Source: an uncultured Dehalococcoidales bacterium
GTDB lineage: Bacteria > Chloroflexota > Dehalococcoidia > GIF9 > UBA5629
Direction: 5' to 3'
DNA: 64,000 nt
NCBI GenBank assembly: GCA_964596125.1
Contig: CAZQRP010000007.1
Span: forward strand, 64,282 to 128,281
Shown here: positions 29,776 to 38,400 of the stretch, piece after piece
Layout: each line of letters starts with the position of its first letter
Numbering within the stretch: position 1 is the stretch's first letter
Position numbers and translations under genes: made by a program
The notes under the pieces: model-generated
The model's database searches: none
Seen by the model: only the letters and a program-made list of their open reading frames with translations
What the model was told of the DNA's origin: nothing

Positions 29776-30699
29776 TTAGTCCTTCACCCCGATCAAGGCG
29801 GCGGCCTTCACGGTGCTGAACAACGCCAGTGAGACGTACCACTTTATCCGGGTGCGGTCGGCGTTCTTGGTCTCCATGGGGCCGATAGGCTGCACCTGGA
29901 GCCCTCCGGGGCTGGTCAGCCCGCACAGCCCTCCTTCACCGAACTGGAAGGCGTAGATAGTGGAACTGGCACCGGTGGTATAAGCCGTCTCCACGCTACC
30001 GGCGACCACATGGGTATCCAGGATAAAGTCATTGATGGCGATGGGGATACCGTTGTAGAGCTGGACGAACTCGCCGAGCATCCCCTGGCCGACCTCCAGG
30101 TTGCTGCCGGCAGCCCTGGCCAGGGCGTTTATCTTGCGGCGGGAGCGGCGGCTCATCATCAGCAAATCGGGCTTGCCGCCTTTGACGGCATCGATGAGCT
30201 GGTCGATCATGGTGAGCGTCAGCGTGGCGCCGGCGGCACCGGCGGCGATCACCTGGTCACCGGCGGAACCGGTATCGATTATTTTGATCAGGCCGTCGAA
30301 CTGGTTGGCATCGGCTGAGCTATCGCCATAGAGAAACTTCTCCTCAAGCTCATGCCTGATGGCTTTGGCGGTGATCTCGATAATGGCTGCCTCAATGTCC
30401 TGGATATTGGACCTGGTCTGCTTGATATAGTCGTCCAGGTCGGCGTTCTGCCCCAGGATCTTCAGCGTGGCGGTCTGCTGGCTGAAGGCGATGGCGGGGG
30501 ATGTGGTCCAGTCATCATTGACGGCATGCCATTCCGCCGACGGCAGGGTGGTCTCACGGTTGTAGGTGAGGGCATTACCCACTATCTCGATGAAGGGCAT
30601 GTACTGCAACAGCGGGCAGTCCTTGATTATCTCCTCGATGACGCCTACCAGCAGGGCGTCATTGCTCAGTTTGGCTGCTTCCGATAAAGTTGTGGCCAT
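29776..30699 (-). CDS. phage major capsid protein
   Basis: 307 aa with an N-terminal LSEAAKLSNDALLVGVIEEIIKDCPLLQYMPF pattern common in capsid families. It follows a coiled-coil scaffold and the portal. Confidence 0.7.
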   Translation of the reverse strand: MATTLSEAAKLSNDALLVGVIEEIIKDCPLLQYMPFIEIVGNALTYNRETTLPSAEWHAVNDDWTTSPAIAFSQQTATLKILGQNADLDDYIKQTRSNIQDIEAAIIEITAKAIRHELEEKFLYGDSSADANQFDGLIKIIDTGSAGDQVIAAGAAGATLTLTMIDQLIDAVKGGKPDLLMMSRRSRRKINALARAAGSNLEVGQGMLGEFVQLYNGIPIAINDFILDTHVVAGSVETAYTTGASSTIYAFQFGEGGLCGLTSPGGLQVQPIGPMETKNADRTRIKWYVSLALFSTVKAAALIGVKD

Positions 30700-30717
30700 A
30701 GTCTATAATTCCTCCTT

Positions 30718-30734
30718 TCCCGACAAAGTCGGGA
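30718..30734 (-). repeat. pre-SD hairpin TCCCGAC-AAA-GTCGGGA
   Basis: A 7-bp stem 2 nt from the GGAGG of the capsid gene. Confidence 0.8.
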
Positions 30735-30750
30735 CTAAAATTAACGGGTG

Positions 30751-31266
30751 CTACCCGCTCTTCCTGGCCTGATCCAGGCCGTAGTTTATTTTCTCCCTGG
30801 TGGTCATGGCAGACAGGTCTGCAGGGGTACGCCCCGGAGAGCCGGCAGGCACGTTAGTATTGCTCTGTTGTTGTGCCAAACCCTGCTTTATCTGGCCGAC
30901 TAATGCAGTGGCCTTGTCCACCGATGCTTTGACCTCATCGATAGTACTCCCCTGTACCATATCAGCCGGCAGCACGGGATTGGACTGCAGCACCAGCTCA
31001 CGGTAGGCGGCTACGGCACCTTCATGCTGCGCGGTAAGCGAAGCGAGGCCGGTACCCCGTTCCTCTGCCAGGGCTTTCTGCTGGTCCAGTTCGTCCGTCC
31101 GGGCCTGCAGGTCCGCCTCAAGCGAAGCGATGCGCTCTTTTAAGGGAAGCGCTGCGGCCTCAACGGACTCCTGGACCTTGCTCCTCTCTGCCTCCAGCTC
31201 CGACTTGAGCTGGTCGTACGCCTCCTGGGTGACGGTCTGGTTGTTGGTGTTGTTGTCTTCCGGCAT
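30751..31266 (-). CDS. phage scaffolding protein
   Basis: From ATG 31266 (SD at 31272-31276). Acidic and coiled-coil rich (QLKSELEAERSKVQE..., LEADLQARTDELDQQKALAEE). Lies between portal and capsid. Confidence 0.6.
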   Translation of the reverse strand: MPEDNNTNNQTVTQEAYDQLKSELEAERSKVQESVEAAALPLKERIASLEADLQARTDELDQQKALAEERGTGLASLTAQHEGAVAAYRELVLQSNPVLPADMVQGSTIDEVKASVDKATALVGQIKQGLAQQQSNTNVPAGSPGRTPADLSAMTTREKINYGLDQARKSG

Positions 31267-31290
31267 GTAAGCCTCCTTATACAATTTCGT

Positions 31291-31339
31291 TCCCGACTGT
31301 GTCGGGATCTTCGACCCCGATTTCATCGGGATCTTCGAC
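31291..31339 (-). repeat. two tandem hairpins (TCCCGAC-TGT-GTCGGGA and CCCGAT-TTC-ATCGGG), each followed by GGGATCTTCGAC
   Basis: Lies between portal and scaffold. The GATCTTCGAC flank is shared with the CCGCC-type hairpins. Confidence 0.8.
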
Positions 31340-32751
31340 TATTCCGGTACCTGCTCCATCTCGCCGGCGAAACTATGCTCTCTCTCACCGCCGCGCGTAG
31401 ACTTTGCTCTATACTTCTGGTTCATCTCCAGGATACGGCGCCGCTCCTCCAGCCACTTTTCAAACTCCGCCTGGGGGTCACGGATACCCATCTCGTCCAT
31501 GGCCGTCCTCCTGGAGTGGACGCCCGACTGGACCAGGAGCTGCTCGTTCTGGGCTTCCCGGGCCCTGTCCTGGGGCAGCACCGAGCCCCAGATGATGCGG
31601 TGGTTTACCCGGGTAAGGTCCTCCCTATTGAACTTCTGATGCAACTGGAGGACCATCTTATTACGGGTGGTATAGGCCGCCGTCCTGATGGTCCGTTTCC
31701 GGCGAACCTTCTGGAGCAGCGATTGCAGCTCCACTTCAAGGGCCACGCCCGACAGCTCCCGTTCGATGCCTCCATAGGCCGCCCTGGGGGCCTCGCTGAT
31801 ATCATGGAGGCAGCGGTAAATCATATCGATGTAGTCTATGTGCAGCCTGATGCCTCCCCCCTGGAGCAGGTCCAGGAGATAGGCCTTTGACTCCTCCGGC
31901 AGCGTCCAGACAGCGCCCGGCTGCACCCGGATATCCTCTGAGGACTCCACACCCTCGAGGACGGCAATGGGGTTTCCGGAAACCTCCAGGATACGCGAGA
32001 GCTGCGTCAGCGCACGGTTCAGCTCCCGCTGCGCCTCTCTGAGCGCCGGGATATCCGAGGTACCCCAGAAGTGCTTGGGCTTCCTCAGATTGGGGAATAC
32101 CACAAACGGGATAAAACCGTAGGGGTTCGGCTTGGAGTCTATCAGCTCATTGTCCAGGTAAAGGTCGAACTGCCGGTCCGTCCACAGCTCGGTGAGCATG
32201 GCCGTCTTTTTCTGGATGGTCCTCTGGTGGAGCTGCTCCACTTCATCCCGGGTGAGCTGATACCTGGAGGCGATCCGCCACACCTTTGACAGGTCATCTC
32301 CCAGCCACCAGGCATACAGGCCGTTGACATCCGGGGATGTTATCCGGACCCGCTTTTCCTGGGTGTCCCAGGTGACCTTGTAGCAGCCGTCCCCCAGGAT
32401 GGCTGCATCGACCTCCGTCTCATAGTCCAGCTCCTGGAGGTTGTTTTCCTGGTAGACCTGGTAAATAACGTCTTCCGCCCTGGCTGCCGTCTGCTTTGCC
32501 TGGTCTTCGGCCTTCCCGACTTTCTCGGGACCTTCGGCAACCGGATCGCAGGCGAAGTTGAGCCCCTGCATTAAATAGCTGGTAACCTTGTCGACGGCGA
32601 TCCTGGTGTAGTTGAAGACGAGCTGGCGGTTTCTGGACCTCTCCGTCCACTGCTGGCCCTCGTAGAAGTCCAGGTTGCTGCGGTAGTCGCTGAAGCGGGA
32701 CTTGTCAAGCTGGGCCAGAGACTGGGGATTGAATTCAGTCATGTCCTGCAC
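31339..32751 (-). CDS. phage portal protein
   Basis: 470 aa, first large gene of the head module with an LDFYEGQQW-type N-terminal region. The call rests on size and synteny portal-scaffold-capsid. Confidence 0.7.
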   Translation of the reverse strand: MQDMTEFNPQSLAQLDKSRFSDYRSNLDFYEGQQWTERSRNRQLVFNYTRIAVDKVTSYLMQGLNFACDPVAEGPEKVGKAEDQAKQTAARAEDVIYQVYQENNLQELDYETEVDAAILGDGCYKVTWDTQEKRVRITSPDVNGLYAWWLGDDLSKVWRIASRYQLTRDEVEQLHQRTIQKKTAMLTELWTDRQFDLYLDNELIDSKPNPYGFIPFVVFPNLRKPKHFWGTSDIPALREAQRELNRALTQLSRILEVSGNPIAVLEGVESSEDIRVQPGAVWTLPEESKAYLLDLLQGGGIRLHIDYIDMIYRCLHDISEAPRAAYGGIERELSGVALEVELQSLLQKVRRKRTIRTAAYTTRNKMVLQLHQKFNREDLTRVNHRIIWGSVLPQDRAREAQNEQLLVQSGVHSRRTAMDEMGIRDPQAEFEKWLEERRRILEMNQKYRAKSTRGGEREHSFAGEMEQVPE

Positions 32752-33020
32752 CCCTGATTATTCCGGGCAGAGGCGAGCGCCCGCTGTACTGTCCTCTTGC
32801 TCACCTCGAATATTCGGGCCACTTCCTCCAGACTTTTACCATCTCTCCTCAGTGCTACCATTCGACCAGCCCGGTTCAGCATCCGCAACCTCTGCTTTCC
32901 CCTCGGCTCTTCCTCGATGCACCGCTCCAGAGGACAATTGAGGCATGACGAAAAAACCTCGCATCCTTCATCCTGCCAGTCGATATCGTCAGGCAATAAG
33001 TCCAGCTTGAAAGGGATCAT
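32739..33020 (-). CDS. small Cys-rich HTH protein (regulator or small-terminase-like)
   Basis: 93 aa: CEVFSSCLNCPLERC followed by the HTH GKSLEEVARIFEVSKRTVQRAL. Overlaps the portal start by 13 nt. Confidence 0.5.
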   Translation of the reverse strand: MIPFKLDLLPDDIDWQDEGCEVFSSCLNCPLERCIEEEPRGKQRLRMLNRAGRMVALRRDGKSLEEVARIFEVSKRTVQRALASARNNQGCRT

Positions 33021-33456
33021 GGTACAGCTATGCTAGCACAAATGTTCTATTTACACAAGCCAAACCTGTCATTTCCATGAAAAACTCTTATAGATGCCTT
33101 CTCCTGGCAACAGATAAACAACAGGGCTGTCATTCTGATTGAAGCGAAGAATCTGGATACTGGCGTGCTTTGAGATCCTTCGTCTCCCCCTTCAATTCGC
33201 TCAGGCTTCGACTCAGGGTCACAATCTAAGTACAGATAGATCTCAGCACCGGTCACTGTGTTCCCAGTTATGCCTTTATTGAATGCGCCTACCTATATAT
33301 ATACATATATAAAGCAGACAGCCATTGCAGGTATATTCATAGCTGTTATAAGCCGGATCAGGCTGGTACATCATAAAATGGTACTAAAGTCTGCGGCTAT
33401 GGGACTAAAGTTCCACTGGCATACCTTTAGCACTATTTGATTACCCCGTAAAAAAC

Positions 33457-33485
33457 TTGACAAAGCAAAATAAAAAGACTATAAA
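33457..33485 (+). promoter_or_regulatory. sigma70-like promoter (TTGACA-17-TATAAA) placed for a leaderless or near-leaderless start
   Basis: TTGACA at 33457-33462, a 17-nt spacer, and TATAAA at 33480-33485. ATG 33492 lies only 6 nt after the -10 element. Confidence 0.5.
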
Positions 33486-33596
33486 GAAGCCATGCGGTTG
33501 CTATACGTTGTAGCTATATTTTCGTTGCTGATTGCCGCCTTGATACCTGCTCCTGCAGCAGCCGATGGTTGAGCGGAGGGTGAATGTGGTGTCAGT

Positions 33597-34793
33597 TTGA
33601 CACCGACTTCAGGCCCTGTTGGCTCGCAGGTAACGTTTGTCCTGTCCAGCAGCAGTTTTCCGGTCGATGGTCCTTTCACTGTCTGGTGGAGCAAAACGCC
33701 GGACTTCGACGTCGAACAGGCTATACAGGTAGCATCGGGTGATCCAGGTAAAGGTAACATCTTCCAGATATCAGCCACATTTACGGTCCCCGAGAGCCCC
33801 TATGCCACCAACTACATCCGCTGCATACGGGCTTTTCGTCCCGATGACCTTTCAGACGCTGTCATGTTCAAGGTTACGCCCAGCCTTAAAGTCTCCCCCG
33901 ATACAACCAAGCCCGGCTCCACGGTGACTATCAAAGGCACAGGCTTTCCTGCCGAGGATGAGGCGTCGCTCAGCTTTGACGGAACATTAACTGATGTAAA
34001 CATCGCCATCAACAAGGTCGGCAGCTTCAGTTCGAAGTTCACCGTTCCGGACGTTATCGCCGGAGAGCACAAGTTTACAGTTGAGGCAGCAAAACTGTAT
34101 ACCGAGACCGCTACCGCAACAATGGAAGTCGGTCCCTTCATCACACTTACGCCTGAGCGCCCCGAGATAGGCACCCAGGTCACCGTATCCGGCTGTGGTT
34201 TCGCCGCCAACAGCGAGATACATATTAAGTATGATAACGCCAGCATAGCCAACTCGCCGTCTACCGATGAGAATGGTTGTTTCAGCTATAACTTCAATGT
34301 GCCGGCCAGCTCTAAAAAAGATCATAGCGTTACTGCCGAGGACGCGGCGGGTAACACTGCTACCTTTGGTCTTCCGCTGGAAATCAAGCCGCCAGAGAAA
34401 CCGGTTCCAGTGACACCCAAGGGGCAGCGGCTCGGATTGTTCGGCACCGAGCAGGTCACCTTTAGCTGGACCGAGGTGACTGATACCAGCGGCCTTACCT
34501 ATGTCATCGAGATAGGCGAAAACCTCAACTTCTTTCCACTAAAACCGGGCATGAAGAAGTCAGGTCTTACCCAGACCAGTTGCAGTGTCGACATTGCGCC
34601 CGGCACCTATTACTGGCGGGTGAAAGCAGTAGATGGTGCCGGTAACGAAAGCGAATGGTCCATCTCTCCTTATGCTTTTAAGGTAGGACTGTTCTCCGTC
34701 TGGGGCCTTGTCATCGGTGCTTTCATCTTTTTGATAATCTTCATTCTTCTCATCCGGTCTTTCTTCCGGAGGCTGAGCGAGTATTATTGTTAG
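33597..34793 (+). CDS. cell-surface protein: three Ig/IPT-like repeats + FN3-like domain + C-terminal TM anchor (signal peptide separated by an in-frame TGA)
   Basis: Repeats of the form TPxxGxxGSxVTIxGxGF...FDG...G.F...F.VP....G.H, then YYWRVKAVDGAGNESEWS and a hydrophobic C-terminus. An in-frame upstream ORF from ATG 33492 encodes MRLLYVVAIFSLLIAALIPAPAAADG, then TGA at 33570. Confidence 0.7.
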   Translation: MTPTSGPVGSQVTFVLSSSSFPVDGPFTVWWSKTPDFDVEQAIQVASGDPGKGNIFQISATFTVPESPYATNYIRCIRAFRPDDLSDAVMFKVTPSLKVSPDTTKPGSTVTIKGTGFPAEDEASLSFDGTLTDVNIAINKVGSFSSKFTVPDVIAGEHKFTVEAAKLYTETATATMEVGPFITLTPERPEIGTQVTVSGCGFAANSEIHIKYDNASIANSPSTDENGCFSYNFNVPASSKKDHSVTAEDAAGNTATFGLPLEIKPPEKPVPVTPKGQRLGLFGTEQVTFSWTEVTDTSGLTYVIEIGENLNFFPLKPGMKKSGLTQTSCSVDIAPGTYYWRVKAVDGAGNESEWSISPYAFKVGLFSVWGLVIGAFIFLIIFILLIRSFFRRLSEYYC

Positions 34794-34803
34794 TAAGTAA
34801 AGT

Positions 34804-34845
34804 AGAGAAGAGGCTGGTCTCCGGGATCAGCCTCTTCTCTGTTGA
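34804..34845 (+). terminator. stem-loop terminator candidate
   Basis: Perfect 13-bp stem AGAGAAGAGGCTG / CAGCCTCTTCTCT (34804-34816 / 34828-34840) just after the stop. The U-tract is weak. Confidence 0.5.
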
Positions 34846-35444
34846 AAATGAAAAAACTAAGAATCATACATCTCGTGGATGACTCAATGAGAAGTACTAT
34901 ATGGGGGAAACCAAATACAGGTCGACTTTCAGGTCAGCCTTTTGTCTGAAAAAAAATCAGACATTTTACCGATTACAAGGTAGTAAGTATGGCGGTAGAC
35001 TGAGAGTATAATGAACGGGTGATAGTCTCCAGTACAGGAGAAAAGAACTGAGAAGATATAAACTATTGACAATTTTTATGTGCCCCGATGGAAGGGGGCT
35101 TGACAGGCGTGATAGAATATGGTGCAGGCAAGGAAAAACCTTGCTTAGTGGATTATGTATTGATGAAAGGAGGTGGTGTCGTATGGAAGATAGCCGGGAT
35201 AGGCGTTAGCCTACCGCGGCGAGATGAGGTTGTCCTGGCTCCGGGACATAGGGTCTCAACCCGGCATATTGTATCCGGGTGCTACGAGGAGCAGCCTTGT
35301 GGGAGGGCTGAAAATAACCCAGCGAAAGGAGAATGAAATCCCGTTTTTGGGTTTCTATTTCAAAACCGGAGGTAGATTGGTCGAATTTACTGAAGGTCCC
35401 CGATAAAAATATTTTTTCGGGGTTGATTCAAATTAGGAGGAATA

Positions 35445-38400
35445 ATGAAATCAAAATACTCAAGTATCGCGGGTATCTTTGCCGTTCTGGTTCTGGTTGC
35501 CAGTTTCCTTGTACCTGCTAAACTGGCAAACCCGGAGCCTGTAGAGGCTGACCCCGGCTTGATGGAATGGACCATTGTGGATACCCCGGACTCGGAGCCG
35601 GCTCTGACCAAGAGCCTGTTTACTCCGTGGAACCTGGGCTCTGAGGTCATCAAGCTGCTGGTCGGCAATAACGGCAATACCATGTATGCCCTGGTCAGGG
35701 CTCGCCGGACTCCCGGTGCTACCTCAGCCCAGGCATACATCTACCTGTACAAATCAATTGACGGTGGCCGTTCCTGGTCCAGTGCCAAGTACAACAACCT
35801 GATGGCTTCTGCCGGCGATGGTACACCCCCGGCTCCGCGCATGATAGTGTGGGACATCACTATCGCACCTGATGACCCCAATATCATCGCTGCGGCGATA
35901 TCCGATGCCACGAATGCGCCAGCCACCGGTGCTGTGCCCATGGCACAGGAAGTCTGGATTTCCAGCGACGGCGGCGATAACTGGGACAACACCCAGTGGC
36001 CTCCGACAGGCGTCAGTCAGGGCACCGACATCATCAGCACCATGGATATCTCCATGGACTACGGCAACGGCCGTGATGTGCTGGTCGGCACCCGCGACGG
36101 CACTGGCGGCGGTACCAACAACATCTCTGTAATGGAGATGCCGGGCTACGGCGGCTGGAACGTCCAGGACGTAACTCTCGGCTCACCGGTATCGATTAAT
36201 CCCTTCACCGGCGATGTTATCGTTGCCAAGTTCTCGCCCACCTATGTTGGTGATTCCACCATAGCGCTCGTCTACTCACAGCCACAGGGCGGTGCCAAGC
36301 CAGGCACCTGGCTGATGACCGGCGTCCATGACATCTCCGTGAACCGCACCACCTGGCAGGCTGCCGGGATGCATATCGAGCTCAGGAACGCCAGTGGCAC
36401 TCCTGGTAACTCGCCCATGGAGGACGAGATCATCACCGCTGACCTGGAGCTTCCTTCCGACTTCTCCGGGCAGAGCGCCAGCCTGCGCCGCTTCTATGTC
36501 TGCACCGATGCTATCAACAGCACCGTTGCTACCAGGGGCGCAGTTACAGCCGGTATACCCCATCGCGGCGTATACCGCGTTGACGACAATGTCGTCTACA
36601 CGCTGATGGACAACAGCACGCTGTTTGCCACTGCCGCGCAGAACATTCCCAACAGGCGCGCCCACAGCATCGCCTACTGGGGCACCTATGCATCGGGCAA
36701 ACTGCTGGTTGGTGAAACTCTCGGTCATACCTGCCAGGCTGCAGTGCCAGTCTGGTTTACCGACTCACCGACGGTATGTCCCATCCCCTGCTGGTATCCG
36801 GCCAAGAAACCGCCCACAGGCGCTGCCGGCTATAACTCATGTGCAGAGCACTGGGAGAGCTGGGGTAATGCCTGGGTCGTCTGGTCGCCTACCTATGCCG
36901 ACCAGGGCGTAGCCTACGCAGTGACCGGCTCATCCAAGCTGGATGCTGCATTCAACATGCCCATCGCTGCCGATTTCGCCAGCGCAAACAATAATGCAGT
37001 AGCGGGATGGCCTTCCGGCTTCGGCAATGTCATGCTCTTTGACGAGTCGGCCTTCTCGCTGACCCGCAACAACGGTGAGACCTGGAACCAGTTGTCTCTT
37101 ATCGACACGCGGATGTCCAAGCTGACCGATGTGGCACCGTCGCCTGACTGCACCACCATTTACCTGGCTTCAGTCAACAATGAGACGGCATGTCTAGGCT
37201 TTGACAGCGTCTGGCGCAGCAGCATCAACGAGGCTGTGGTAGCACCGCCTCTTCCGGCACTGCCTATCGGCCAGGTCTGGGAGAGAGTGCGCACCTCGCC
37301 AACCAACATAAGCTGCAACATGACCGACAGCAACTATGCCATACTGAGACTGGCACAGGATAAGCTTGACGGACAGGTCGTTTTCTGGGCAGCCGGTGGT
37401 ACTGGAATAGATACCGGCACCACGACTATCGGCGGATTTACCGTTGGCCCCAACACGCAGGCACTCGCCTGGTCACCTGACTACGGTGATTACTGGGCCG
37501 ACATCAATCCAAGGATAACCGTCCAGGATATGGCTGCTGAGTCCAGCACCATCCTGTATGTCTTGAACCGCTCCGGCCAGGTGCAGAAGCTGCCGTACAC
37601 CGGCACAGCCTGGTCCAGCGCGATCAACACGGTCAGCGCTGCTACGGGCGGGGGCCATACCATAGAAGCACAGGCCGAAGGCAAGGTCCTTGTCGGCAAC
37701 CGGGCGGCCGCACCAACACCGTTCCCGGCCTCGATCTCAACCAACGGTGCTGAGTCATTCAGGCCGATGGTCAGGCCGCTGCAGAACCTGGCTACATTTG
37801 GTTATCACGCCATTTTCGACACCGACTATGACGACAATGAGACCGTCTATGTGGCCAACGACTCTGCCGCAGTCGGCAAGATCTATCGCAATAAGGCACC
37901 GTCTGGAAGCAATACCGACTGGTCAGACATGTGCAATGTCTTTCTCGGCACCACGCACCGTGAGTACTATGGTATCGTCCAGACCAACTCAAAGAACGTG
38001 ACCGGTGTGGGCACGCTGTACGCTGCTCATGATGCAGGATCACCGAACGCCACCGCTTACTGCGGTGTTGAACGGACGCTTAATCCGCTTATGGGCATGC
38101 CCAAGCCAGGCATGTTCTGGGACTGCATGGATGCCGCAGACTTCTTCCGGGGTCAGACCACAGTTGTGGAGTTCACCCTGGAGCCGAAGTCACTTAAGCT
38201 GTGCGGCTGCCTGACGCAGGATACCTATACCACACTCTATGCCATCGACAATGACGAGTACGCCAATAACCACAACGTGTACGACAACTTTGGCGGAGTC
38301 ACCCTGGTCAGAGACCGTGGTATGCTCTGGGCATACACGGACTGCATGGCCAAGATAGGTCCAACACTGACCATGGACGATGGCACCATTATCGGCTGCG

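Larger units (their letters stand above)
22468..33020 (-). mobile_element. GC-rich phage-derived structural gene block (cryptic prophage, short-tailed-phage-like head and tail-fibre module)
   Basis: There is an abrupt visible rise in GC, with dense spurious ORFs on both strands only here. Fourteen co-oriented, tightly packed minus-strand genes include portal, scaffold, capsid and tail-fibre-like products. No TerL, integrase or replication genes lie inside the block. Confidence 0.8.

Noticed and set aside
24520-31339. The possibility that the repeated palindromes form a CRISPR array.
   Set aside because: The repeats are only 13-17 bp, spacing is irregular (hundreds to thousands of nt) and follows gene boundaries. 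The intervening DNA is protein-coding, and no cas genes are present.
22492-32941. Many long plus-strand ORFs inside the phage block, for example 22492-22926, 24072-24527, 27041-27571, 27619-28143, 30010-30318, 30352-30687 and 31375-31890.
   Set aside because: They all lie antisense to a continuous, tightly packed set of minus-strand genes with recognisable phage products. Their translations are Gly/Arg/Pro/Ala-rich, as expected for stop-poor frames in GC-rich DNA.
33047-33256. A 69-aa minus-strand ORF just outside the phage block, considered as a possible integrase or excisionase remnant.
   Set aside because: It has no recognisable recombinase or HTH motifs, lies in an AT-rich low-complexity region, and has no RBS.
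35088-35521. Small ORFs (82, 60 and 62 aa) in the leader upstream of the BNR gene.
   Set aside because: They have no ribosome-binding sites and implausible sequences, and they overlap stem-loop-rich DNA. I treated the region as a non-coding leader.
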